DNA of 61,952 nucleotides, filler included, from Asterionella formosa (lineage: Eukaryota): the NCBI GenBank assembly GCA_002256025.1. It is 7 parts of 7 records of this genome, joined end to end, with 100 filler letters (N's around TTAATTAATTAA, not from the genome) between each part and the next. Parts side by side here need not be neighbours in the genome. Positions count along the whole stretch, not along the records: positions 44,361 to 53,106 come from NKIB01011702.1; positions 53,207 to 61,952 come from NKIB01011703.1; 5 more parts are not named here. One strand, written 5' to 3'. Position numbers and translations under genes: made by a program. Of the stretch, positions 48,433-58,669 are shown one piece after another; within the stretch, counting starts at the first letter, position 1; every line of letters starts with the position of its first letter. The notes beneath the pieces are model-generated. The model made no database searches, was not told the origin of the DNA, and saw only the letters and a list, made by a program, of their open reading frames with translations.

Positions 48433-49821
48433 TTATCTCGAAGCAAACCCACATTCTACAATTTCCCTCTCATATTCTGTTGTGGTTCCACTCCTTGCAT
48501 TGCACTGATAATTGATATTTAGAGAAACAATTGTGTGCATCCAATGTGTTGGTAAATACAAAACATCTCCGGCTTGTAGGACTACTTCATTTATTCGCCC
48601 CTGAGCAAAGGTGGGGAATTGTTTGACATCAATATTTGTCCAATCCACTGCAGTATGTCGACCACTTGGATGTGACTGAGGATACAGTTGCATGTTTTTG
48701 CAATACTTTGGATGGTTGAGGATATATCGTCGTTGTCCACCCATCAAGGCGATGAAATTCCTAGATGAATCAAAGTGAGTCTCGGCTATGACACCCTTCA
48801 TACCAAATCGACAATTCATCCCTCGTTGTTCCTTGGGATTCACCATGAAAAAGTTATTGTTACGTGGAACAAAGAGTGGCAATTCTTCATACAAGTAATG
48901 ATGACTACCTTTGTACTCCGCATTCAACCGAAAGTACCAACGCTCATGTTTGACTTGGTCATTCCGAAGTGTTTGAGCCTTGTGGAGCCAATCATTGTAG
49001 GTCAATTTTGTTTCGTCAGTGGGTGGCAACCAGCCTGGTGGCAGATGAGATCTCCGCTTCCAATACATGAAATGCTGATTGACAGAATGTTCTGTTTTTA
49101 ATTCTTCATCGCCAATAAGTAATTCAAGGTAATTTGGATACCGATGCCATCGTTCTGCTGCTCTCATGACATCTGGCACATTCGAAACAAGGAACGGGAC
49201 TTCTGCATTTCGATATTTTGTGGCTCGTTCCACATCGAGATCGTCGCTGTAATCAAAGACACATAGACCTTGAAACAGTCGTTCTGGTTCCGTAGTGTTT
49301 CCAGGATTCCAGTTGGTCACAACATGCAATGCCGGCCAGTCCCTTGGGTACCCAATCGGAGGATTTGCTGGACAATTGTAGATATCATACTCCATGTCCG
49401 CTTGTGTTTTGTATCGCTTTGTGTGCCGTAAATATTTGTCAACATAGGCTTTGATTCGTTGCAAATCGTCGGGCGGATATTTTTTTTCGTAATGCTCCAA
49501 CAGACTTTCACGATTCTGGTCAAAGTTGTCGAGATTATTAATATTATCATTATTATTATTATTCGCCTTCATGTTGAAAGCATTCCAATGGCCTATTCCT
49601 TTCTTTCCTTGCTTCATCATCACAGGAGGTATAATGATAGCATCATTACCGGTGGTTGCTGCTAGTATTGACCCCATAATCAGCTCTCGATTGTCCTTGG
49701 GTGTGGCATCTAATACTACCATGTAAATGACACATGTGGTAGTCATGAAAAAGACCGCTGCAGTTGAAACAACTGGTATGGCCCATTTGTAATAACAATT
49801 ATAATTTGGAGATCGTTTCAT
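48433..49821 (-). CDS. JmjC/Cupin_8 2-oxoglutarate-Fe(II) oxygenase with an N-terminal membrane anchor (462 aa)
   Basis: ETHFDSSRNF (HxD) and EVVLQAGDVLYLPTHWMHTIVSL (distal His). Hydrophobic segment WAIPVVSTAAVFFMTTTCVIYMVVL near the N-terminus. Confidence 0.92.
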   Translation of the reverse strand: MKRSPNYNCYYKWAIPVVSTAAVFFMTTTCVIYMVVLDATPKDNRELIMGSILAATTGNDAIIIPPVMMKQGKKGIGHWNAFNMKANNNNNDNINNLDNFDQNRESLLEHYEKKYPPDDLQRIKAYVDKYLRHTKRYKTQADMEYDIYNCPANPPIGYPRDWPALHVVTNWNPGNTTEPERLFQGLCVFDYSDDLDVERATKYRNAEVPFLVSNVPDVMRAAERWHRYPNYLELLIGDEELKTEHSVNQHFMYWKRRSHLPPGWLPPTDETKLTYNDWLHKAQTLRNDQVKHERWYFRLNAEYKGSHHYLYEELPLFVPRNNNFFMVNPKEQRGMNCRFGMKGVIAETHFDSSRNFIALMGGQRRYILNHPKYCKNMQLYPQSHPSGRHTAVDWTNIDVKQFPTFAQGRINEVVLQAGDVLYLPTHWMHTIVSLNINYQCNARSGTTTEYEREIVECGFASR

Positions 49822-50242
49822 TGTATGAATAAAAATGTTGCTAATAATACTCCACTGTCGGACTGTAATAAGTGAGAAGCTGATTGATTATTGAGTAATG
49901 ATAATCATGATCATTTTAAAGATAAAACATGCTGTCCGTCCCTGTGGTATTTTGCTTGCCCTGCTGCTGATGCAGCAGTACAGTACCGGTACTACCGGTA
50001 GTGTACCAACTGATGGGACCGGAAATTATGTTTGCATTCTGGAAATGTTTTATTAGTCTACCATCATTTACATGTCGTAGGAATACTGTATTCTGACACC
50101 GGTATTACCGGTTGTTGGATTATTTACTACCCCTACATCAAAACATGATGGGCTGCTTGCAAAAGAAAATCGTTCATCTATTTTCGTTATAACACTGCAT
50201 GCTAGGTTATTGTCACTTTCGAATAGAGTCTAGACTACTTTT

Positions 50243-50362
50243 CTTAGGACGCTGTTTTTGCCTTGAAGAGGGTTGACCTCATACTCATATGAAAAGGATA
50301 TGCTTAGGACGCTGTTTTTGCCTTGAAGAGGGTTGACCTCATACTCATGTGAAAAGCGTATG
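50243..50362 (+). repeat. 60-bp tandem duplication
   Basis: CTTAGGACGCTGTTTTTGCCTTGAAGAGGGTTGACCTCATACTCAT(A/G)TGAAAAG..TATG at 50243 and 50303; 3 mismatches. Confidence 0.97.
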
Positions 50363-50503
50363 TGTTACCACGTATTTACTGTCCGGCAGAAATCCGGAGC
50401 ATATGGAACAATGAAACAGATATATATATAGTTATGAAATTCGAAAGAAGTGCAAAGAGCATTTATGGCATGGAAGATAGGAAGAAAGGAGCCAAGTACA
50501 ATA

Positions 50504-52676
50504 TCACTGCATAGCCACCAACAAGCTCATTAACAAAGGCTTGGCAAGCCGCTCGCGTGGGCTGGTTTCCTTTCCTGAAGCTATTGGCTTCGCCTCCCGT
50601 TCTGTTGCCTTGGCAACAGCTGTTAATAACCCGTCATGACGAGCCATGATCTCTCGATTCGAGACTTCTGTTGCCAGGCGTTCCAAGGCAATAATGGCAG
50701 ACTCAGTAATCTCATTCGCCTTTACATCCATACTTGCTCCAACAACTAGAGCATTTAAAATGAATGTCTGACACATAATTTTGCAATTCTGATTGTCGTT
50801 CGTCAGGTGCATTATGGCTCTCATGGCGTGGTCACGGTCATTCAGCGGAAGATCTTCAGCGATGCAAATTCTTGCCAAGGCATCCAAGACACCAGGATGA
50901 CGGGCCATACTCTCGCGGTTCTCGGGATCACGTGCCTTGATTCGCAAGATAACACTAAGTGCGCTGGAGTGACTCGATGATGACGCCATCACAAGTGCAT
51001 CCAGGAGCACTCCATAGCATGACATTTTCACAGTGATATTGGTAGCCATCTTTTTAAGGGCCATGGAGGCTCTTGATTGGACCTCGGTACTCTCATCCTT
51101 TGAGGAAATAATGGCGAGCATGTCAAGTAATCCCCTGTGGTTTCCCAGTTTTTCTGCAGTCTGTTCACACGCAAGATTCGTGAGAGCTCCAGCTGCTCGT
51201 CGTCTTGCCTTGTCGTTCTTATCAGCAGATAAATTCTTTTTAAGTGCTTCCAATACAATACCCGAGGAAAACGAAACAAGTCGCATACGATTCTCTTGGC
51301 AGAATGCCAAGTTTTGAATTGCCGTAATTGCTGCCTCCCTCGTTTCTGGTGTACTTTCTGTCACCACCAACTTTACCAGCGTGCCTAACAACTTGTTATT
51401 ATTGCACATGGGTATTTGATTCTCACGACATTCTGCCAGGTCCATCAATGTGTTACTAGCATACTCACGTGCCGCGTCAGTGGAATCCAACGCAGCAATT
51501 CGGAGAATCGCTTCAATTAGTCCAGGTACTTCAAGGAAGTGCGGCTTATTATAGTCACAATTTGCCAAGTTTGCAGTCAATCTCATTCTACATGTTCGAG
51601 AATGTGGCGTCAGTTGTACTGTCGAAACTCGAGCAAGCGCTTCCATCATCCCAGCAAAATCGCCCAAAGAACTTCGTAGCTCTGGAATTCTCGAAAAGTA
51701 TGTCAATGTTTTTGTAATGTTCAAAATGTTTTTGTCTGGGAATTTCAACATTTTCTTTTCACACATAATTAGAATTTGCAGTAACCTTGGAATGAGTGAT
51801 GCAGCAACTTTATCAAAGGCCGAATGTATGTACGATGCTGATCCTCGAAAGATCATCTCCAGGGCAGCACACGTCATGCGAATATCGTCTTCATCATGCG
51901 ACATGACGACAATGAGGCACAATACATCTGCACCTCCAAAGCGAAGTTCCTCGTTATGCTTTGCTTCATCCCAATGGTCAAACTCGGAGCAAGCCACTGT
52001 TAATTTGACCTTTCTCTTTTCATCGTGTAAATACTTTCTCAAATCTTTTTATTCCCCAATGGGCAAAATAAGTGTTTCAGTTAGCTGCCTGTACAGTAAA
52101 ATTTCTCCGGGAACGTGCATTCATTCTCAATCATTACTTACCATCAATGGTCCTTTTAACTTGACGACACGAGTCCTTGTTGCGCAGCGTCGAATCCTTG
52201 CCCGTCACAGATGCTGTAGAATCTTCCCGCACCGACGCCGCCTTGTTCTCTCGAGTTTTGGCAGGCTCCCTCGCGTCTTGCTTTTCGAATGAATCCTGAA
52301 GCAAGGACGATGTTGTGTGTGCAAAACTAAGAAGAGATGATGCATCACTAACGTCGTCATGCCGACCTTGGAACTGCCCCTTGACTGGCATGTGCTGTTG
52401 GACAGCTCGAGATGTCCTTGGTAGACTGGATGAGTTTCGAGGCCAGGACGACGACGACGATGGCTGACTGCGAGGTTGGGCGCTTACGGATCGTCGCCGT
52501 CGATCTGGGTCTGCCAGTGGATGGAAAGCGCTCAAAATGCGTTCGCTGTTCATTGATGCTAGAATCATTGATTTAGTGGGCTGTGTGCTTTCTCGGTGAC
52601 TAGGGGGACGACTGGCGGTTCGTCTCGGCACATCAAAGCTCGCGTGACTCTGAGATCTTGTCACTTTATCCGTCAT
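50504..52676 (-). CDS. Armadillo-repeat protein, 2 exons (691 aa)
   Basis: Exon 1 is 52676-52142 and exon 2 is 52044-50504. The 97-nt intron 52141-52045 has a GTAAGT donor, a CTAAC branch and an AAG acceptor, and joins the two track ORFs in frame. ARM-type repeats include AREYASNTLMDLA, TREAAITAIQNLA and ARRRAAGALTNLA. Confidence 0.88.
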
Positions 52677-53106
52677 GGTGGGCTGGCTAGCTAGCTAGCG
52701 ATAGGTATACATGAAAGGGAAGAGCAGGTCTGGTCTGGTCTGGTCAATCGAGATGTTGTTGCCGGAATTGCAGATCATAGACTAATTGTCGTCGATGCAA
52801 GCTGCTATCATAGGATTGCACTGCAGACTCTAAAGCAATTATAATATACAGACATGTAGGAATTAAATGACAGTCCGGGAAAGAGCGAAGCCAACAGGTA
52901 CACGAATTAAATTGAAGTATCATACATATTGAGCAACGATCCGTCGGACGAATTACATGGAAAAAGGGTTGGCGATAGTGGTCGCTGTCCAGTAGCCGAC
53001 CCGGCGCTGGCTCACAGGACTTGAACATATACATGTGCTTACCAGTACGTGACTGATTAATTAGATGTTCAAGACCTGGATACACGTGCTTTCTGTTGGC
53101 AATTTA

Positions 53107-53206
53107 NNNNNNNNNNNNNNNNNNNNNNNNNNNNNNNNNNNNNNNNNNNNTTAATTAATTAANNNNNNNNNNNNNNNNNNNNNNNNNNNNNNNNNNNNNN
53201 NNNNNN
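53107..53206. other. Artificial contig spacer N44-TTAATTAATTAA-N44
   Basis: Linker at 53151-53162. Confidence 0.97.
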
Positions 53207-53360
53207 TATGTGGAAAAATTCTTAACATAATTTCACTCCACTTCAAAGTTACTGAATACCGGTACCTCAACACAGCAATCATACATTCAGAGGAAATCAA
53301 TCTCGCTCTGCTTTTCCATGTGTGCAAACTACCGGTAGTTACCGGTATAGTCGCTCCCTC

Positions 53361-54767
53361 ATGGCGTGGCCATCATCTCGTTCAACACCCAACGAACCCG
53401 TTAGAACTCCACTATATGATACCGGTATTAGTCTTCCATTACAGACCGAGCTAGTGCACATCGTGAGTCACAACCATGACACAAGTGCCGACAACGACGA
53501 TGGCAACGACGGCAATAACTATGCCTCCATATTACAGGTAAAGCTACAAGAACAAGTACCATTCGAACAAACCACTGAATCTCTGCTACAAAATCATGCG
53601 CGTCAGCAGCAAGGCACTTCCTCCATTCAAGCAAGCATTCACTTGATCAAGGGATACATTGGTCCCGGGTGTCTGTCCTTACCATGGGCCTTTTCTCAAC
53701 TTGGCGTGATCTGGGGGATTGTGGCATGTGTTGTGCTCAGCATCTGGACGTCTTTTTTGGCATGGACGATCGTTCGAGCTAAACTTCCTGGAGAAACCTA
53801 TCCCGACATTGTCACAAGGGTCTATGGTCCTTCCTTTGGTTCCTACCTAAGAAAATGTATTTGTTTTCAACAATTGGGGATTTGTACCGTCTTTGTAACC
53901 TTTGTGGGCCAGAACTTACTAGCCATACAGGCGGGCCATACTGCAGCATTCACCATGACTTGTGTCCTACCCATTTTACTAGGAATCACATGGTATGCCA
54001 CACCATCTCTTCAAATTATGGCACCCATGACAGCAGCAGCAACTGTCCTGTGGGGAATCGCACTGCTGTTGATGGCCGCTGTGATTTTCGACGAATGGTC
54101 CCAGAGACCACGTGACCATGACACCAAGATAATTACTGCTGATGCTACTCCTAATGGGCCACTCATGGCACTATGTGCCATTTTATACAGTTTTGAAGGA
54201 ATTTGTTTGATTCTTCCCATTGAATCTTCCATGACACAACCGAAGCACTTTCCAATTGTATTTTTCTCTAGTATGACAATTGTAACACTTGTCTTTTGTG
54301 TCATTGGCTCCATATGTGTCCTTTGTTATGGACCTGTCATAACCAACGGCAGCATTACTGCCTACATGTTGGAACAACCACATACATCATCCAATGGCTT
54401 GGTGCTGTTGTTTGCAAATACAGCTATTAGTATGTCAGTCCTACTTACCTATCCACTTCAACTCTTTCCTTGTTTGGAACAAATGCGGGGCTGCCCAAAA
54501 CAAATTGGACTTGTCCTCCTTACCTATAGTATTGCCATGGCAGTCCCTAACGTACAATCATTGATATCCTTAACTGGTGCTTTGACAGGGTCATCAACAG
54601 CCTTGATTGTTCCACCTTGTTTGATTCTCATGTCTCAGCAACGACAATCTGACGTAAACACAAATGTCATGATTTTGTACATGATAATGGTGGCTATCGG
54701 AAGTGCTTTTTTAGTGATTGGCACATTTGTATCTATTGTAACAATGTTTCGTGTGCCATTTGTCTAA
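53361..54767 (+). CDS. Amino-acid transporter, Aa_trans/AAAP family (SLC36/PAT-like)
   Basis: IHLIKGYIGPGCLSLPWAFSQLG, LYSFEGICLILPIESSM..P..F, GSITAY and LLTYPLQLFP, with about 11 hydrophobic segments. First ATG at 53361. Confidence 0.93.
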   Translation: MAWPSSRSTPNEPVRTPLYDTGISLPLQTELVHIVSHNHDTSADNDDGNDGNNYASILQVKLQEQVPFEQTTESLLQNHARQQQGTSSIQASIHLIKGYIGPGCLSLPWAFSQLGVIWGIVACVVLSIWTSFLAWTIVRAKLPGETYPDIVTRVYGPSFGSYLRKCICFQQLGICTVFVTFVGQNLLAIQAGHTAAFTMTCVLPILLGITWYATPSLQIMAPMTAAATVLWGIALLLMAAVIFDEWSQRPRDHDTKIITADATPNGPLMALCAILYSFEGICLILPIESSMTQPKHFPIVFFSSMTIVTLVFCVIGSICVLCYGPVITNGSITAYMLEQPHTSSNGLVLLFANTAISMSVLLTYPLQLFPCLEQMRGCPKQIGLVLLTYSIAMAVPNVQSLISLTGALTGSSTALIVPPCLILMSQQRQSDVNTNVMILYMIMVAIGSAFLVIGTFVSIVTMFRVPFV

Positions 54768-54932
54768 AGAATACTACCGGTACTACTACTAGTAGTTAAT
54801 ACAATAAAGCTGAATGTGACAATAGGATTATAAAATAATTCATACTCTGCCATATATCATTTGATGAAATTCATACTATTATAGATATATAGATACTAGA
54901 TTGTAAAATGACTTTCCCAGATCAATTCAATT

Positions 54933-56786
54933 TTAGTGTTCCCCATAGACAGGCAAGGCATCTGGTGCCATGGCAGCCCAAACACGCAATTCCAACATTT
55001 CCTGTTCGGTCACCTTCATTACCTTAGTCGTACCACGTCGACGTCCGAAAGATGGCAGCAACTCTTCAGTGGCACGAACATACACTCGTACTTCTGCCAA
55101 GGACGAAAATTGCAACGTCGGTCCAAAGGAAAATGTTGTTTTAGAAATGGTCATACCATGTTGACATAGTAGCATCTTGGCAGTATCGTCGTCCATCACT
55201 TCAACATGCTGCAACTTAATTCTAGATGTCGTGTCCTTGACAGGGACATGACAAAAAGTGATCCAACGATACAGTAAGGCTTCATTGTCAGAATTGAGTT
55301 TATCGGCATTGGGGATGCCATATTTGACCAAGTGCTGACGAAGCTCGTGAACGGTTGGAAAATGTTGTGCGTTCCCTGGAATCTGATAACTTCCATTCGA
55401 AAAAGTAAAATTTAGCTGAGTACTCAAAACGGAGAACCATAGTTTGAGGAAGTTAGGTAGGCTGTCCTTGTGGAACCATTCTCGTCGGAATGGCTTTTTG
55501 TCGAAAGAGGCAATATATGGTGGCGACATGGTAATCCGTCGACTCTCCAATTTGACTTGAAAGTCACTCTTTCCCTTAATTTTTCCATTGCCATTTCCTT
55601 GTTGTTCCATTTCCTTTTCATAGTTGATGACATCAGTAGTAGACATAAAGAAGTCCTCGCCCAAAATGCCAGTGGCTGGATTTTTGTTTGGTCTGACGTA
55701 GTAAAAATCATGAAGAGGATTGTATTGTGCAGCCGACTTGACTGTCCATCCAAAGCGCTGTAGACGAGGCCAGAGGACAGCCCAATGAAAGCGGTCCGGG
55801 CTATTTTTTATCTCCTCATTCTCGTTGATGATACGAGGGACAGAAGGATCTTGAGGCTTGGTCCTTGCATAATGTTTTGGTGTAGTAATAATAGTCAATC
55901 CCTGTTCATGACTACGATGCACGTTGTCGTTGTTGCTGCTGTCGTGTTGATCATTTTTTACTTGTCCCTTTAGATCAATTCGTTTGCAATAAGCCAATAC
56001 CTCATCCTCTGATACGAACATGTTTTCTCCCAAGATACCAGTATATTTATCCTTGCAATCTGGTGCCAACCAATACCATGAATGTAATGGATTTACAGCA
56101 CGAGTGTAGGTCCATCCCCGTTCCTTGAGAATGGACCAAACATGTGAAAAGACGTAGAAATCATCTTCTCTTGATGACTCTTTCACTGTTTTGCTACTTT
56201 TATTGATGTCTTTCTTCTTCTTCTTGTCCGATTTTTTGAAGCAAATGGCCTTTCTTGCTGGAACAGTGTTTGTTTTGGTATGCTGATGTTTCCGTTTTTT
56301 GAGTGCAACTGGAGGAGGAGGATGTTCAATAGAGGTAGTGTTATTCGTTTCTTCATTCATCAACTCCTTGGCCAAGATTTTGTCAACTTCTTCCATTCCA
56401 TGAAGCCAATTCTTGTATCTTGCGGAACCAACAGTTTCCTTGTTTGTTTGTTCCCAAACTTCTTGCAAATTCAAAAAGTATGGACGAGTCATGTTGTTAT
56501 TATTATTAGTAGTACTAGCATTTGCATTCAAAAGACAAAAAGTCCCATTTTCCAATACTTGTGCAACAGGACCAGCATTTCCGGTTGCCATTAACTGACG
56601 ACAAAGTGTGTATCGTTGATGTGGTGTCAACGACTGATGCAAGTCTTTCAATACAGCACCATAATTTGGAAACAATACTGCAGGAGTCCAATAGTTATCG
56701 TCGGGATCGATACAGATGAAAAAAAGTTGGTCACTGTAATTGATTCGAGTTGCGATTCCCAACGTTGTTGTTGCTGCTGCTGCCAT
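54933..56786 (-). CDS. Hypothetical nuclear protein with repeated W..L...GW...YY..P...G..G..F.S..EV modules (617 aa)
   Basis: Long ORF with two clear and two degenerate internal repeats and basic NLS-like patches (KKRK, KKKKK). Confidence 0.8.
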   Translation of the reverse strand: MAAAATTTLGIATRINYSDQLFFICIDPDDNYWTPAVLFPNYGAVLKDLHQSLTPHQRYTLCRQLMATGNAGPVAQVLENGTFCLLNANASTTNNNNNMTRPYFLNLQEVWEQTNKETVGSARYKNWLHGMEEVDKILAKELMNEETNNTTSIEHPPPPVALKKRKHQHTKTNTVPARKAICFKKSDKKKKKDINKSSKTVKESSREDDFYVFSHVWSILKERGWTYTRAVNPLHSWYWLAPDCKDKYTGILGENMFVSEDEVLAYCKRIDLKGQVKNDQHDSSNNDNVHRSHEQGLTIITTPKHYARTKPQDPSVPRIINENEEIKNSPDRFHWAVLWPRLQRFGWTVKSAAQYNPLHDFYYVRPNKNPATGILGEDFFMSTTDVINYEKEMEQQGNGNGKIKGKSDFQVKLESRRITMSPPYIASFDKKPFRREWFHKDSLPNFLKLWFSVLSTQLNFTFSNGSYQIPGNAQHFPTVHELRQHLVKYGIPNADKLNSDNEALLYRWITFCHVPVKDTTSRIKLQHVEVMDDDTAKMLLCQHGMTISKTTFSFGPTLQFSSLAEVRVYVRATEELLPSFGRRRGTTKVMKVTEQEMLELRVWAAMAPDALPVYGEH

Positions 56787-57725
56787 GGTTGTTGTTATTG
56801 TGGTTTACTGATGATGATGCGGTTTGAATAAATATGAACAAAATTTATAACAACATTGAAAGCAGCGCAAGATGACAATAGAAATGATTCATGTACCGTA
56901 TGTACTGGCACATATGTAGCGGTAGTCGACGTGATGATGCAATGCCCTGCTGCTGCGGCTGTGATTGAAAAAAGCGTCGTTGCTACATGCAACATCATTC
57001 TTCGATTCAAAAAAAGAAAATGGTGGGATTGCCTGTTTGAGATGCTTTTCATATTCTATCTATATTCTACATACGAGATCATCTGTATATGCTCTACTAT
57101 TTGGGACAAACCAGTAATGACATATTGACATGTGCAAAGGTCTACGTATTATTAATTGAAGATAATAGAGTACCGATATGTCATACTAAATACGTAGATG
57201 TAGTACAGTATAAAATACAAAATTCGTAGTACTGTGGTACTGCACACGAATATTTATGCTGGTCCAGNNNNNNNNNNNNNNNNNNNNNNNNNNNNNNNNN
57301 NNNNNNNNNNNNNNNNNNNNNNNNNNNNNNNNNNNNNNNNNNNNNNNNNNNNNNNNNNNNNNNNNNNNNNNNNNNNNNNNNNNNNNNNNNNNNNNNNNNN
57401 NNNNNNNNNNNNNNNNNNNNNNNNNNNNNNNNNNNNNNNNNNNNNNNNNNNNNNNNNNNNNNNNNNNNNNNNNNNNNNNNNNNNNNNNNNNNNNNNNNNN
57501 NNNNNNNNNNNNNNNNNNNNNNNNNNNNNNNNNNNNNNNNNNNNNNNNNNNNNNNNNNNNNNNNNNNNNNNNNNNNNNNNNNNNNNNNNNNNNNNNNNNN
57601 NNNNNNNNNNNNNNNNNNNNNNNNNNNNNNNNNNNNNNNNNNNNNNNNNNNNNNNNNNNNNNNNNNNNNNNNNNNNNNNNNNNNNNNNNNNNNNNNNNNN
57701 GACCAGGTACCATTCAATCGATACC

Positions 57726-58453
57726 ATGTCATCTACGACTGCCCTTCGTTTCCTTTCTCGCATTCCCGTTCCTGGCTTTGGCCATGCCGGTGTCGTTGCA
57801 ACCTACGCCAAGAATTGCACAAGAGCATTCCATTACAAAAAACTGGTTCCATGGGCGTTTCCAACCTTTGTTGGATTCTATTGGTTTATTTGGCCTGCCA
57901 TGGGGGATGATTTTAAAATTAGAATTGGTTGGATGAAGGCACCTCCATCAGAAGAAGATGGTGACGCTGCTGTCGTTGTGTTGGATGCCAAAGCGTTGGC
58001 TGCCATTGCAAAAGCACCAATTGTTGGGGCAAATACTGGGAGTCATGATGCTTCAGAAGCACAAGACGAAGCACAAGCGGCTGCGCAAATCTTAAAGGCT
58101 CTTCATGGAGATCAGTCAGGAATGGAAAATGAATGGGATAAGTTTTATGCCAAAAGTACTGTCCCTGGTGAAGAAGATGATGATGACGAGGAGGAAGAAG
58201 AGGAGGAGGAGGGTACGTGTTTGTATTTTGATTGAAACGCGGTATGATTCCCATCCACCAAAAAGGACTAACACATATTGTGCTCCTACTACTTCAAGAA
58301 GAGGAGGAAGCAGAAGAAGAGGGTAAGTTATCGAGACGATTCGTCCTGCAAACACAACAAATTATGTTATAATGCCCATCATTCACAAAACAAATCTTTT
58401 TTCATCCTGTCTCAGGAACAGAAGGGGAATTGGACGAAGACGACGACGAGTAA
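57726..58453 (+). CDS. Small single-pass membrane protein with acidic tail, 3 exons (182 aa)
   Basis: Exons 57726-58212, 58299-58322 and 58416-58453. Introns are GTACGT..CTAAC..CAAG and GTAAGT..CTCAG, both phase 1, giving ...EEEEEEEEAEEEGTEGELDEDDDE*. TM-like segment LVPWAFPTFVGFYWFIWPAM. Confidence 0.75.
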
Positions 58454-58669
58454 AACTCAGTTGGATACCGTAGAAGGCGGATTCCCATCATTGTCCATCT
58501 CTGAAAGTGCTGCGCACTATACATTTAACGATCCTTTTTTCCATTCGAATAACAACTAGTAATAAAATGAAACAAGTTCATGTCCACCTTTGTTTGTTTT
58601 ACCTAGCGGTGTATGTCTATCTATACTACCGTTAGATAGTTACATCCTGTTCATGTTTCAGTCATCACT

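Noticed and set aside
8825..53162. TTAATTAATTAA palindrome recurring every 8.87 kb or so
   Set aside because: It is always centred in N44...N44 and has stops in all six frames, so it is an assembly linker.
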